Below the pieces are notes generated by a model. The model did not search any database. It was not told where the DNA came from and saw only the letters and a program-made list of their open reading frames with translations. Shown piece by piece: positions 47,828 through 57,831 of a DNA stretch of 64,000 nt (positions are counted from its first letter, which is position 1; every line of letters starts with the position of its first letter). Source of the stretch: a virus (taxonomy: Duplodnaviria; Caudoviricetes); the IMG/VR virus record IMGVR_UViG_2737471636_000001, positions 25,331-89,330 of that record; one strand, written 5' to 3'. The translations under genes were made by a program, and so were the position numbers.

Positions 47828-48409
47828 TCAATTTTTTTTTGGAACAGATGTAATAATGCCTGCGGACAATTTTCTTGATCTCTTTTTTGTGGACTTTATT
47901 ATAGCCAAAGCAGCAGGATAATCCTCATGTGTCTCTTCTAGAATATTTCCATTAAATCTTATTATTTTTTTATTCTGAATCTTTTTAAAACTAACTTCCA
48001 GACATTCAAGCAACGAAGAATTATTTAAAGTTGCAAAAATTGTGAGATATGCAAGTAAATTCCGAATTTCTGAGTTAATTTCATCCTTATTCGCTATGTC
48101 GCCAGATAATTTTCCAATAATATTATATATTTTCAGTAGGATATATTGCGGATCATTTAAATTCTCTTCCTTTATTTTTATTGAGTGATCAAGACAATCG
48201 TCAAAAGATACTTTACTCATTATACAAATAATGATGATGTTTATAAGACAATTTCCAATTTCCTCTCTACATTCCTTCCCCTTGGTTATGACAGTTGTTA
48301 ATTGACCAAATTTTGAAACAAGCATTAATGTTTCAATATGAATATCCGCTACATTTACAAGATTAGATTTCTCTAACCAATCAATAACTTGATGACTGAT
48401 ATTTTTCAT
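47828..48409 (-). CDS. MazG-like domain protein (degenerate), paralog B
   Basis: Clear paralog of 41997-42539. Confidence 0.6.
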   Translation of the reverse strand: MKNISHQVIDWLEKSNLVNVADIHIETLMLVSKFGQLTTVITKGKECREEIGNCLINIIIICIMSKVSFDDCLDHSIKIKEENLNDPQYILLKIYNIIGKLSGDIANKDEINSEIRNLLAYLTIFATLNNSSLLECLEVSFKKIQNKKIIRFNGNILEETHEDYPAALAIIKSTKKRSRKLSAGIITSVPKKN

Positions 48410-48653
48410 TTTGAGAAATTTTTATTTTAATAATAATTACAGCCTGGTAAGTAATTTCATTGCGGTTTACCTACATATATTACCTCTTTGCTTTAATATT
48501 TTTGAAAATTGAAATTTCAAGCCTTCTTCTCGTAATTTTACTCATCCATTATTTGATCACTGAATTCCAAGGAATTCAACTTATCAATTTTCTTAGTTAG
48601 TTCGCACTGAATTTGTCATCGTTATAAAGATTTATCATCTGGCGCTCAATATT

Positions 48654-48725
48654 TACAAATTAATTTGTATAAACCTCTTGCACAATTACAAATATACTTG
48701 TATAGTAATTACAAATCTATTTGTT
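48654..48725 (+). promoter_or_regulatory. OL operators and PL promoter
   Basis: TACAA-N6-TTGT at 48654-69, 48687-702, 48710-25, matching OR; TTGCAC-N17-TATAGT at 48678-48706. Confidence 0.85.
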
Positions 48726-48851
48726 ATTTAGATTTGCATACATCAACCACCATAAATCTTAAGCGTAGGTCGGTTGATGAAAGAATCATCAAAACTCACT
48801 AGACCCGAGCAAGTTGATGAATAAATTACATAAAACTTTGGAGATTTATTA

Positions 48852-49160
48852 ATGAAATTTGCAACTTTAATGGCAGTTATTTTTGTTTCTATCTTCCTTG
48901 TTAATGCTGCAAATGCCTCAAGCGACATTACTTACACCGCAGCTTGCACAGTGTTGACTAAACAGAGCAATAACAGTACTCAGCATTACTCAAATATTGT
49001 GGTTGAGGGCTTTCCAGACGAAGCAGCTTGCGAACTGTATGAAAGTCGATTGAATGCCTCTGTGTTTCCACATAGTGGAAGAACTGGACTCACACCAACC
49101 ACAATCGCCGCTGACTGCGCGTGTATTGAGGTTATAGACCGCGTGAAAATTCAGTTCTGA
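48852..49160 (+). CDS. Secreted Cys-containing protein, first gene of PL operon
   Basis: RBS GGAG, signal peptide, four Cys. Confidence 0.65.
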   Translation: MKFATLMAVIFVSIFLVNAANASSDITYTAACTVLTKQSNNSTQHYSNIVVEGFPDEAACELYESRLNASVFPHSGRTGLTPTTIAADCACIEVIDRVKIQF

Positions 49161-49213
49161 CAATTCACCAAAGATTACCGGGCGGCAATTGCCCGGTTTT
49201 AAGGAGAAGTGAA

Positions 49214-49417
49214 ATGTTTAAAAACACTGACATGAAAAATTACAAAGCAGGCGGAGAACCTGAGGGCGTGATTCTTATGAGAATGTTCACCTACTTCATG
49301 ATTGCTGTGCTTCTTGCTGTGCTGGCATGGATGGATGAAAGAGATCATCAATACCAAATAGAGCAATTGCGCGAGGCTGCGCAGTGCGAATCAGCATCCA
49401 AGCAGGTGAAACCATGA
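49214..49417 (+). CDS. Small membrane protein
   Basis: RBS AAGGAG, TM segment. Confidence 0.55.
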   Translation: MFKNTDMKNYKAGGEPEGVILMRMFTYFMIAVLLAVLAWMDERDHQYQIEQLREAAQCESASKQVKP

Positions 49418-49740
49418 ATGTGACAAATAACATACGTGGATGCAAAGTCTCTCAGTTTGCTAATTTCTGCTACTGGCTATCGCGTGGATATTCAATCAAA
49501 AAAGCATGGAAATTGAGGAGACTGAAATGATTAAGAAATTGAGGAATTTACTGATTGATTTATTCGTCTCCCCGACTGACTCGTATCGTCAACGATACAA
49601 AGATTATCTGATGTCAGTAAGCGCTGATGACTCAGATCGCGGGAAGGATTGGTTATAAGTTAACTCCCAATATTGAGTAGAGCGTCTGCATTAGATGCAG
49701 AGGTATTTTATTAGTACGAAATATAAATACAGGTGATCAA

Positions 49741-50079
49741 GTGATTAATGCCAAGAGAAAACCAACTATTCAAGAAACCAAGAGGTGTGGTTTGAACATA
49801 GTGAATGTAAACAACATTCAGCAAGAGGTAATAAATATTCTGCGTGATTGGGTATTCAACCGAGATGGGGAAGCCTTCTGTATGAACGATCTATTCAACG
49901 CTCCGGAGTTTGAAGGAAAGCTGGATAAGAACATCAGAACCATGCTCCTAATTGATCGTGCTCTTATAACCCTTCACTGCACATTCAAACGAGATGAAGA
50001 AAACGCGGTGACATTTTCCGAGCTTCTGTACACGCCGCCAAAAATCAAGCGGATACATCGTGATGAACTTTATTCGTGA
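49741..50079 (+). CDS. Hypothetical protein
   Basis: 112 aa in early operon. Confidence 0.5.
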   Translation: MINAKRKPTIQETKRCGLNIVNVNNIQQEVINILRDWVFNRDGEAFCMNDLFNAPEFEGKLDKNIRTMLLIDRALITLHCTFKRDEENAVTFSELLYTPPKIKRIHRDELYS

Positions 50080-50086
50080 GAACAAT

Positions 50087-50905
50087 ATGGAAACACAACC
50101 ATCATTAAAAATTAGAGCTAGTTCCTGGGCCGGTCTATTTGACTGCGCATATCGATGGGAAGGGATACATATTCTCAAAATGAAAAACACCGTTGGACTG
50201 CGCGCGGCGCTAGGAACCGCAATTCATGCCGGTTCAGCAATATATGATCAAGCCAGAATAACCGGCGACACAGTTACTGCAAATGATGCAGCTGGAGTAT
50301 TGGTGGACAAACTGCGCGATCCGGAAAATGAATTCGATCCAACCAAAGATGATTTAACAATGCAGGAAGCAGAAATAGCCGGAATATCACTGCTTACCAA
50401 ATACTGCAATGAGGTGTCTCCCAAGTACAACTTTATAGCAGTTGAAATGGAAACCAAGCCACTTGATATCGATTGCGGAAACGGGACGGTAATAAGACTT
50501 ACCGGAACTATGGACCGGGCTAGGATCAGAAAATCCACAATGGGTGTTGGCATCGCCGATCTAAAGAGCGGTGCGTCATCTGTACAAAAAGGCGTTGCTG
50601 TAACTAAAGGTCACGGTGCCCAAATAGGCACTTATGAATTGCTCTACGAGCACACCACCGGCGAAGCAATCACTGCTGACGCTGAGATTATCGGATTAAA
50701 AACCAAAGGCAAAGCTGAAATCGCAAGCGGAACAATCAGCAATGCCAAACGCATCATGATCGGCGATCAGGATAACCCCGGATTAATTGAATTCGCAGCT
50801 GACATGTTTAGGAGCGGACGTTTCTACCCTAACCCCAAGTCAATGCTTTGCGGTGAGAAATATTGTCCGCGATTCAAGTCATGCACATTCAAAGGAGGAG
50901 ATTAA
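50087..50905 (+). CDS. PD-(D/E)XK RecB-family exonuclease
   Basis: GTAIH, LTGT.D, IADLKSG, Q...Y, C-terminal Cys cluster. Confidence 0.85.
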   Translation: METQPSLKIRASSWAGLFDCAYRWEGIHILKMKNTVGLRAALGTAIHAGSAIYDQARITGDTVTANDAAGVLVDKLRDPENEFDPTKDDLTMQEAEIAGISLLTKYCNEVSPKYNFIAVEMETKPLDIDCGNGTVIRLTGTMDRARIRKSTMGVGIADLKSGASSVQKGVAVTKGHGAQIGTYELLYEHTTGEAITADAEIIGLKTKGKAEIASGTISNAKRIMIGDQDNPGLIEFAADMFRSGRFYPNPKSMLCGEKYCPRFKSCTFKGGD

Positions 50906-50911
50906 ATTCAA

Positions 50912-51925
50912 ATGACTGAAACCACCACAAAACTGAATGAATTAAAGAATATTCCGCCTTCGGAAACAAGAATGCCGGAAATAAGCCCCGGATTCGGATC
51001 GTTGCAATCGTTCGAGTTAATGCAAAGAGCGGCAAAACTTCTAATCACAAGCACTCTGGTTCCAGCAGCTTACCGTGCGAATGATGATAAGAAAGGTCCT
51101 AATCCAAATGCGCTAGCCAATTGTGTTGTGGCTCTAAATATGTCGCATCGAATGAATGCAGATCCGCTTATGGTAATGCAAAACCTTTATGTCGTGGAAG
51201 GGAGGCCAAGCTGGTCATCGCAATGGATTATTGCCGCGATAAATGGATGTGGTCGATTTTCTCCACTAAGGTTTGAGATCAAGGAACTAGGAGAAAAGTC
51301 TGTTGAATACATTTCTACCTTTTGGGAGAACCGGGAGAAGAAAACTAAAACATTTACCGAGAAAATTAAGGACAAGGTTTGCGTAGCTTGGGCAATCGAG
51401 AAAGGCACGGGTGAACGCATTGAATCCCCGCCCGTATCAATTGAAATGGCTGTTAGAGAAGGTTGGTATAGCAAAAATGGTAGCAAATGGAAAACTATGG
51501 ACGAAGTTATGTTGCGGTACCGCACGGCCAGTTTCTTCGGCAAATTATATGCCCCTGAATTGCTAATGGGATTGCAAACAGTTGAAGAAATAAATGATGC
51601 GCGGGTTATTGATGCAACTCCGGATGGATACGGAGGATATTCGGTAGATATAAATTCTCTGAAAAGTGATGAACAGGAATCAGCATCAAGCGCTGAAACT
51701 GAAGGTGTTGATAAGGAAACGGGAGAAATAATCAATACCGAATCTAATTCAGACAAGAAAATAGAAAAAGAAAAGACCGACATCAAACCCGAAGTAATCC
51801 AGGCCAAAAACGATGAGCCAAGCCCGGAAGAGCAAGAAAAAATCAAAAAGCAATTGATTGATGAGGCCAATAAAGAACAGGCACCACGGGCGGCAAGGTC
51901 ACGTCAGAACTTTGATCTTGAGTAA
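50912..51925 (+). CDS. Phage single-strand annealing recombinase-like protein
   Basis: PLMVMQNLYVV.GRPSWSS, SKW.T...MLRYR.ASF; acidic tail; adjacent to exonuclease. Confidence 0.75.
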   Translation: MTETTTKLNELKNIPPSETRMPEISPGFGSLQSFELMQRAAKLLITSTLVPAAYRANDDKKGPNPNALANCVVALNMSHRMNADPLMVMQNLYVVEGRPSWSSQWIIAAINGCGRFSPLRFEIKELGEKSVEYISTFWENREKKTKTFTEKIKDKVCVAWAIEKGTGERIESPPVSIEMAVREGWYSKNGSKWKTMDEVMLRYRTASFFGKLYAPELLMGLQTVEEINDARVIDATPDGYGGYSVDINSLKSDEQESASSAETEGVDKETGEIINTESNSDKKIEKEKTDIKPEVIQAKNDEPSPEEQEKIKKQLIDEANKEQAPRAARSRQNFDLE

Positions 51926-51942
51926 TTTGGATTTTAAAAATC

Positions 51943-52137
51943 ATGAGCCAAGTCCAAGAAATTTACAAAGATGATGAGTTTGAAGGATTGCTCGAAGACG
52001 CACGGATGAATGCGGCCAATGACTGGGAAGAAAACTTTGTGTCTGATTTATCCAGTAAATACGCTGAATTTGGTCGACGCATGTTTCTTTCCGATGCACA
52101 ACGAGAGCATCTTGAACGAATAGCTAGTGATGAGTAA
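51943..52137 (+). CDS. Small hypothetical protein
   Basis: 64 aa in operon. Confidence 0.6.
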   Translation: MSQVQEIYKDDEFEGLLEDARMNAANDWEENFVSDLSSKYAEFGRRMFLSDAQREHLERIASDE

Positions 52138-52180
52138 ACCACCTCAAATCAACTCTTAAAAATTAACATGGAGAATTAGC

Positions 52181-52876
52181 ATGAGCAAAAAACCAAATGA
52201 TTTCAGACAAATGACAGCCGATACAGTGGGCAAGGATTTGCTAGGTGCGCTCGTTCAAGAAATTAGATTGCTCCCGGATGTATGGCCAAAATTACCAAAG
52301 AAAAAGCAGGATGATGTCATTGATCGTTTGCGTAAGCGCGTGGAAGAAAATGTGAGCATGGCTGTTTTTACCCTGGCCGCGCAGGACAGGACGGTAGTGG
52401 CCGGATCGTTGGATCAAATAACAATCAAAGACGGCGTTAAGGCTGTTATTAAATTCAGCATCAAATCTCCAAACCTTGATGGGTTATATGAAGCTGCAAG
52501 CGATGGGAGTGACGTGCTGGTTGTTGTGGCCGGAGTAAAAGAACATACCGGCGGCATGAATGAAATTCAGGGAGAGGATGATCAAAGAGGCATGGATCTC
52601 GGACACGAATATAACAAGAACGATGGCGGCGGCATGGATGAGCCCATTGAAGGTGAAGTTCTTGGCTTACCGGAAAAGGTAATAACCGAAGAGGACAAGG
52701 TTGAGGCGTGGAATCTTGGATACGAAGCAGCAAGTTATGGAGAACCTCAATCTAATTGCCCAATCATGGATGCTGAACTTGTTAAGGAATGGGTTCGTGG
52801 TTTCATAGCGTGGAATGAAGAAAACAACCCGAACGACAACGAAACCCAATCAAATGACGATAAGGATGCGGCTTAA
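52181..52876 (+). CDS. Hypothetical protein with C-terminal Rmf-like motif
   Basis: AWNLGYEAA..G....CP.......W..G motif. Confidence 0.6.
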   Translation: MSKKPNDFRQMTADTVGKDLLGALVQEIRLLPDVWPKLPKKKQDDVIDRLRKRVEENVSMAVFTLAAQDRTVVAGSLDQITIKDGVKAVIKFSIKSPNLDGLYEAASDGSDVLVVVAGVKEHTGGMNEIQGEDDQRGMDLGHEYNKNDGGGMDEPIEGEVLGLPEKVITEEDKVEAWNLGYEAASYGEPQSNCPIMDAELVKEWVRGFIAWNEENNPNDNETQSNDDKDAA

Positions 52877-52878
52877 TC

Positions 52879-53550
52879 ATGAGCAAAGCAATCGTTTTTG
52901 ATACCGAAACAACTGGAATCGAGGATCCAGAAATAATTGAAGCTGCTTGGGTTATTCCACATCATGGGTATCTTGAAGAAGAAAATGAGCACCTGTTTGA
53001 GTTCTGCGCAAGATTCAAGCCTTCAAAACCAATATCACTATCAGCAATGGCAATTCATCACATTATGGATGAAGACTTGGTTAATTGTGCACCATCAGAA
53101 GAGTTCACATTACCTGCAGATACTGATTATTTAATTGGCCACAACATTGATTTTGACTGGCAAGCTGCCGGAAAGCCGGAAATTACAAGAATTTGCACGT
53201 TGGCATTGTCGTGCCATCTTTGGCCTGGATTAGATACTCACACCTTATCAGCAATGGTTTATTTTCTCGATCGAAGTAAAGCTAGAGATCGTCTTCGAGG
53301 AAAAGCACACTCGGCATTGAATGATGTATTCAATTGCATTCTAATTCTTAACAACATAATCAAAAAACTTGGCGGTATAAGTTCGTGGGAAGAGTTATGG
53401 CTGCATTCAGAAGTTGCGCGGATTCCAACCCGCATGCCATTCGGAAAACATAAAGGCTTGGAAATCAATGATGTTCCTGCGAATTACAAAAGATGGTTAA
53501 TGCGCCAACCCGATACCGACCAATACCTTCTAAAGGCACTGCAATCATGA
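52879..53550 (+). CDS. DEDDh 3'-5' exonuclease (ExoX-like)
   Basis: FDTETTG, GHNIDFD, AHSAL.D, MPFGKHKG. Confidence 0.9.
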   Translation: MSKAIVFDTETTGIEDPEIIEAAWVIPHHGYLEEENEHLFEFCARFKPSKPISLSAMAIHHIMDEDLVNCAPSEEFTLPADTDYLIGHNIDFDWQAAGKPEITRICTLALSCHLWPGLDTHTLSAMVYFLDRSKARDRLRGKAHSALNDVFNCILILNNIIKKLGGISSWEELWLHSEVARIPTRMPFGKHKGLEINDVPANYKRWLMRQPDTDQYLLKALQS

Positions 53551-55283
53551 AAATAAATAAAATATCTTCTGTCGGCACGGTGGCTGTGCGGGAAATTGAA
53601 ATCAATATCAAATCCCCTATTGCATTAATTTGCGGCTCTAACCGGGCCGGAAAATCAAGTTTACGGGATGGAATTTACCATGCTTTCACCGGCGAAAATC
53701 CTCACGATATTCTGAAAAAGAATTACGGACTACTTGTTAATCGGGATACCGGCAACAATATCGGGTATACCTACGTTGAATATAACAACGGGCAACGGGC
53801 ATGCATTACCCTGCCCAATGGTACGCATGAGTTAACTGAGCAACTACATTCCGCTCTGCCCTATGTTTTGAATCCATCACTATTCGGAAGTTTATCCGCT
53901 GAGGATCGCCGTAGATTTCTGTTTGATCTTGGGAATCTGAGAAGCGATGGCGCGGAAGTTAAAGCCAAATTACTCAAACGAGGTTGCGATGCTGGGAAAG
54001 TTGACGGAGTTATGCCTTTTCTGAAATCGAGTTTTGATAATGCAAATAAGCATGCATTGGACAAAATAAAAGAAGCGCGCGCCAATTGGAAAGCCACTAC
54101 GGGAGAAGTCTATGGCGATAAAAAAGCGGTGGATTGGAAAGCCGCCAAGCCAGAAGTTGATCAAGAAGCTGCAGTTGTTGCAAAAAATACAATAACTGAA
54201 ATCGATCAGGAAATCGAAGAAACCAGTCAAAAACTGGGCGCATATGTTGCAACATTCAATGGCGCCAAAGCCCGTAACTCTGAGCTTGTCAGACTACGCG
54301 AATCCGTAGGCATGATTGACCGCATTGAGGCCAAACTTAAAAAAGATCGTCAAGAAGTTATCGTTTGGGAAGTTAAGGTCAATGATGCCAGGTTATTTGC
54401 CCAGGGTGTGAAGCCTGGAAATATCGATGTCTCATGCCCGTGTTGCAATGCTGAGTTGACTTTCAATGGCAAGGAATTGATCAAGCGTGAAACTGAATCT
54501 CCAATCGACAAAGAAGCCGCTGCGAAGTTGCCGGAATACGAAAAAACTCTGGCTATGCTCAGAAGTGCGGTGGCCAATGGTGAGCGTGACTTGGCAGCAG
54601 CGCAAATCGCAAAAGAAAAACTTGCTCAAATGGAAGAAAGCAAAGGCGATGAAGTAACTGAGGAAATGATTGCTCAAATTAAATCCTGTATTGAGGAACT
54701 TAAAGCCGGACGCAAGCAAGATCAGGAATCACTCGATCTGCTTAATAAAAACATTCAATTCGCTGCTGATGCTGATGAGAAAACTAAAAAGGCTGCGGGA
54801 TATCACGCAGACGCCCAGGCTTGGGACAAGATCGCAAATGCACTGGCGCCGGAAGGAATCCCAAGCGAAATGCTTTCTGCTGCATTGACACCGATCAATG
54901 AACGGATAGCTTTTAGTTGTGGTGTTTTAGGGTTTCTCGAAAAAGTAAGCATACAGGACGATATGACGATTCTTGAAGATGATGGAAAACTCTACTCATT
55001 CAGCTCAAAAGCTACCAAATTATTGATTGATTCAATAATTGCGGAAGCTATCAGCCATGTAACCGGAATCAAGTTTTTTATGGTTGATGAGTTTGATCTT
55101 CTGGATATGCCAAGCCGGAGCGCTTATCTCAATTGGTTAATGGATTTGGTTGAAAACAACGAAATTGACACAGTTCTGCTATTCGGCACATTGAAATCAG
55201 CGCCCACAAAATTACCCCCGGTCATCACCCCCTACTGGATTGAGAGTGGCGTAATCCAGGACTGTAAAGCGGAAGCTGCTTAA
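53547..55283 (+). CDS. SbcC/Rad50-like AAA ATPase
   Basis: GSNRAGKSS Walker A, coiled coil with CPCC hook, MVDEFDLLD Walker B. Confidence 0.8.
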   Translation: MKINKISSVGTVAVREIEINIKSPIALICGSNRAGKSSLRDGIYHAFTGENPHDILKKNYGLLVNRDTGNNIGYTYVEYNNGQRACITLPNGTHELTEQLHSALPYVLNPSLFGSLSAEDRRRFLFDLGNLRSDGAEVKAKLLKRGCDAGKVDGVMPFLKSSFDNANKHALDKIKEARANWKATTGEVYGDKKAVDWKAAKPEVDQEAAVVAKNTITEIDQEIEETSQKLGAYVATFNGAKARNSELVRLRESVGMIDRIEAKLKKDRQEVIVWEVKVNDARLFAQGVKPGNIDVSCPCCNAELTFNGKELIKRETESPIDKEAAAKLPEYEKTLAMLRSAVANGERDLAAAQIAKEKLAQMEESKGDEVTEEMIAQIKSCIEELKAGRKQDQESLDLLNKNIQFAADADEKTKKAAGYHADAQAWDKIANALAPEGIPSEMLSAALTPINERIAFSCGVLGFLEKVSIQDDMTILEDDGKLYSFSSKATKLLIDSIIAEAISHVTGIKFFMVDEFDLLDMPSRSAYLNWLMDLVENNEIDTVLLFGTLKSAPTKLPPVITPYWIESGVIQDCKAEAA

Positions 55284-55575
55284 ATAATATGAACTTCATC
55301 CAAAATTTACTATGTGTTTTTGTGTTCGGGATCGGATCAATTCTGTTTGTTGAATGGATCCAATACATCTGCCTTTTATGAGCGCTATCGTACAGATTTA
55401 TCACAAATAATGTTTAAAAATTCACAAAGACTTCTCAGCCAGACGTGTACCCTCCTAACTCTCTCGTTCGCACGTTTGGCACCCTTTTTTGGGCGGGTCT
55501 GCTACTCATCAACAATGGGCCGGAAACCTTTGTCTTTGCCAGCGGATCTGCCCTTCCTCACCGAGGAGAGCTCAA

Positions 55576-56229
55576 ATGATTAAAGAGCGGCCAATCTTAT
55601 TTTCTGCGCCAATGGTTCGTGCCATTTTGGATAATAGGAAAACTCAGACCAGAAGAATCATGAAGCATCAACCTCCAGATGAGGATTATCAAATTAGTTG
55701 GCTGATAAACACAACAGATCCCGATAAAAAACATTTACAGGGTAAAGCGCACTGGATAAACATGAAAGGAAAACAGAACAAGGAATCGGATATCTTTTTT
55801 GATTGCTCATATGGAAAAATCGGAGAGCGGCTTTGGGTGAGAGAAACATTCGCAAAAATGAATGATGAGAGTGGGTTTGGTTCTGGCTATATGGAATACA
55901 AAGCATCCTGCAAGCATCCTGAATCGATTATATGGAAGCCATCAATCTACATGCCGCGCTGGGCATCGAGAATCCTCCTTGAGATTACGAATGTGTGGGT
56001 TGAGCGGTTGAATTCAATCAGCGAAAAGGACTGCTACGCCGAGGGAATAGAAGAGCTCGATGGACATTTTGATGAGTCAGAATACTGTTCGATAACAAAA
56101 AAAATTGGTGCATGTATCGGAGATTCAAAGCCGATATTCGTACAACTATGGGAATCAATCAACGGCCAAGGCTCATGGGATCTCAATCCATGGGTCTGGG
56201 TTGTGGAGTTTAAAAGGATAGGTATGTGA
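55576..56229 (+). CDS. Conserved phage protein (ASCH/PUA-like)
   Basis: ERPILFS.PMVRAIL..RKTQTRR, WKPSI.MPRWASRI, NPWVWV.EF. Confidence 0.8.
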   Translation: MIKERPILFSAPMVRAILDNRKTQTRRIMKHQPPDEDYQISWLINTTDPDKKHLQGKAHWINMKGKQNKESDIFFDCSYGKIGERLWVRETFAKMNDESGFGSGYMEYKASCKHPESIIWKPSIYMPRWASRILLEITNVWVERLNSISEKDCYAEGIEELDGHFDESEYCSITKKIGACIGDSKPIFVQLWESINGQGSWDLNPWVWVVEFKRIGM

Positions 56230-56426
56230 TGGGTATTGAATTTAAAGAAACTGATCATGGATTTTACGATGTAATTTCAAATGATATTTCCACAGGCGTT
56301 GAGTTAGTTAAAACGCACAACACAGTAATATTTGATCCGGTTGGTTGCGCGGGCTCATTCGATATAGAAGAACTTGAGCAAATTCTATCAAAAATGAAAG
56401 AATTGCTTAATGATGTAACTAAGTAA
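56226..56426 (+). CDS. Small hypothetical protein (paralog of 57648-57830)
   Basis: IE.KE...IE..EQIL.K..E. Confidence 0.55.
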   Translation: MMGIEFKETDHGFYDVISNDISTGVELVKTHNTVIFDPVGCAGSFDIEELEQILSKMKELLNDVTK

Positions 56427-56427
56427 A

Positions 56428-56467
56428 AATATGCCCGACAAGGGTTTGTACGGCTTGGCGGCCACGG
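56428..56467. repeat. 40-bp hairpin element, copy 1
   Basis: 35/40 identical to 57832-57871. Confidence 0.75.
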
Positions 56468-56534
56468 AGAGATAAAAAGCACGTTACTTAACGGACAAGA
56501 GTCGAAAAACTTTAGTGAGTAAAAAGGAGCTTAC

Positions 56535-56729
56535 ATGGATATTTATCAAAAATACTTGGAATACATATCAAATCAGAATGAAAGAATAACCGTCGAAGAT
56601 TTTTTAAAAAAATGGAAACCTACGGGTGAAAAGATTCTAAATGAACTTGTATCGAACAAGCTTATAACGGTAGATGAAAACAATACAATCCATTTAACCG
56701 ATATAGGGAAGGTTGCTAAAACAATTTAA
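56535..56729 (+). CDS. Small winged-helix-like hypothetical protein
   Basis: RBS AAGGAG; L..L....LI.......LT..G motif. Confidence 0.55.
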   Translation: MDIYQKYLEYISNQNERITVEDFLKKWKPTGEKILNELVSNKLITVDENNTIHLTDIGKVAKTI

Positions 56730-56826
56730 TATTGGATCAGAAAACAAATCTGCCCCATCAAAAGCTAGCGCAGGTAGTGGAGTTAACGATAGCTTTGATG
56801 GTATGGATGATGACATTCCTTTTTAA
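56707..56826 (+). pseudogene. SSB C-terminal tail remnant
   Basis: ...SAPSKASAGSGVNDSFDGMDDDIPF* with no OB-fold upstream. Confidence 0.7.
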
Positions 56827-56886
56827 TTATGAAAACTCAAATTAAAGAACGGCCAATACTATTTTCATTGAATAACCGGACAAAGC

Positions 56887-57648
56887 ATGCATGAGCTGGC
56901 TCTTTTCGCAGGCTCTGGTGGAGGAATACTCGGAGGCAAGTTGCTCGGATGGAGAACAGTCTGCGCAGTTGAACGTAATGCCTACGCAGCACAAGTTTTG
57001 GCACAGAGACAAAACAATGGAATCCTCGAACCTTTCCCGATATGGTCTGACGTGCAAAATTTTGACGGAAAACCGTGGAAAGGAATTGTTGATGTCATAT
57101 CTGGAGGGTTTCCATGTCAGGACATCAGTGTTGCCGGTAAGGGAGTCGGAATTGACGGAGAACAATCCGGAATGTGGAAACATATGGCGCGCATCATCGA
57201 TGAAGTTCGACCGAGATTCGTGTTCGTGGAGAATACACCACTCCTTGTTTCCCGAGGACTTGTCAGAATCCTTAGTGACCTTGCCTGCATGGGGTTTGAT
57301 GCGAAATGGGGAATTATGGGAGCGAGCGACGCCGGGCTTTGTCACAATCGGAAACGTTTCTGGCTTGTTGCCAACACCAACGGCTACAGATTACAAAGGA
57401 TCAACTCCGTATCAAGTGCAAAGGCGCATCAACCACGCTCAACACAATGGTCTGACATTGCGCGAGTGGTTAGCGAAGTACAGCAAGGCGGAGAAAACTG
57501 TATACCCGAATCCTGGATTCTTAGAGAAAGTAATGGGATGGCCTGCAGGGTGGACAGAACTACAGCGCTCGGAAATGGACAAGTTCCAATCGTGGCTGCA
57601 AGAGCATTCATTAATTTAATTCAACCGATGATTTCTGGAGGTAAATAA
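56887..57648 (+). CDS. DNA cytosine-5 methyltransferase
   Basis: LFAG.GG, GGFPCQD, FVEN, R.R, ALGNG motifs. Confidence 0.9.
   Translation: MHELALFAGSGGGILGGKLLGWRTVCAVERNAYAAQVLAQRQNNGILEPFPIWSDVQNFDGKPWKGIVDVISGGFPCQDISVAGKGVGIDGEQSGMWKHMARIIDEVRPRFVFVENTPLLVSRGLVRILSDLACMGFDAKWGIMGASDAGLCHNRKRFWLVANTNGYRLQRINSVSSAKAHQPRSTQWSDIARVVSEVQQGGENCIPESWILRESNGMACRVDRTTALGNGQVPIVAARAFINLIQPMISGGK
56891..57619 (+). CDS. Overlapping alternative-frame ORF (putative second MTase subunit)
   Basis: LLPTPTATDYKG and NP.F.E..MGWP.GWT motifs in the +1 frame. Confidence 0.6.
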   Translation: MSWLFSQALVEEYSEASCSDGEQSAQLNVMPTQHKFWHRDKTMESSNLSRYGLTCKILTENRGKELLMSYLEGFHVRTSVLPVRESELTENNPECGNIWRASSMKFDRDSCSWRIHHSLFPEDLSESLVTLPAWGLMRNGELWERATPGFVTIGNVSGLLPTPTATDYKGSTPYQVQRRINHAQHNGLTLREWLAKYSKAEKTVYPNPGFLEKVMGWPAGWTELQRSEMDKFQSWLQEHSLI

Positions 57649-57830
57649 TGGATATTGAATGTAAGGAAAATGGTATTCAGCAAGAGTTTTTTTATCATGA
57701 TCAGCATGTTGGAACAATTTACAATTTAAAATCCGGAGCACATTTGTCTCTCAAGCCGTTAACTAATATAGAAGTTGTGGAACAAATTCTTGCAAAAAGG
57801 AATGAAATTAAAGGTAATAGCGGGAAGTAA
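57648..57830 (+). CDS. Small hypothetical protein (paralog of 56226-56426)
   Basis: RBS GGAGG. Confidence 0.55.
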   Translation: MDIECKENGIQQEFFYHDQHVGTIYNLKSGAHLSLKPLTNIEVVEQILAKRNEIKGNSGK

Positions 57831-57831
57831 G

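Noticed and set aside
48460-48475. Additional CRP/FNR-like box upstream of MazG-like paralog B
   Set aside because: Only one good half-site and a weak -10; not counted in the regulon
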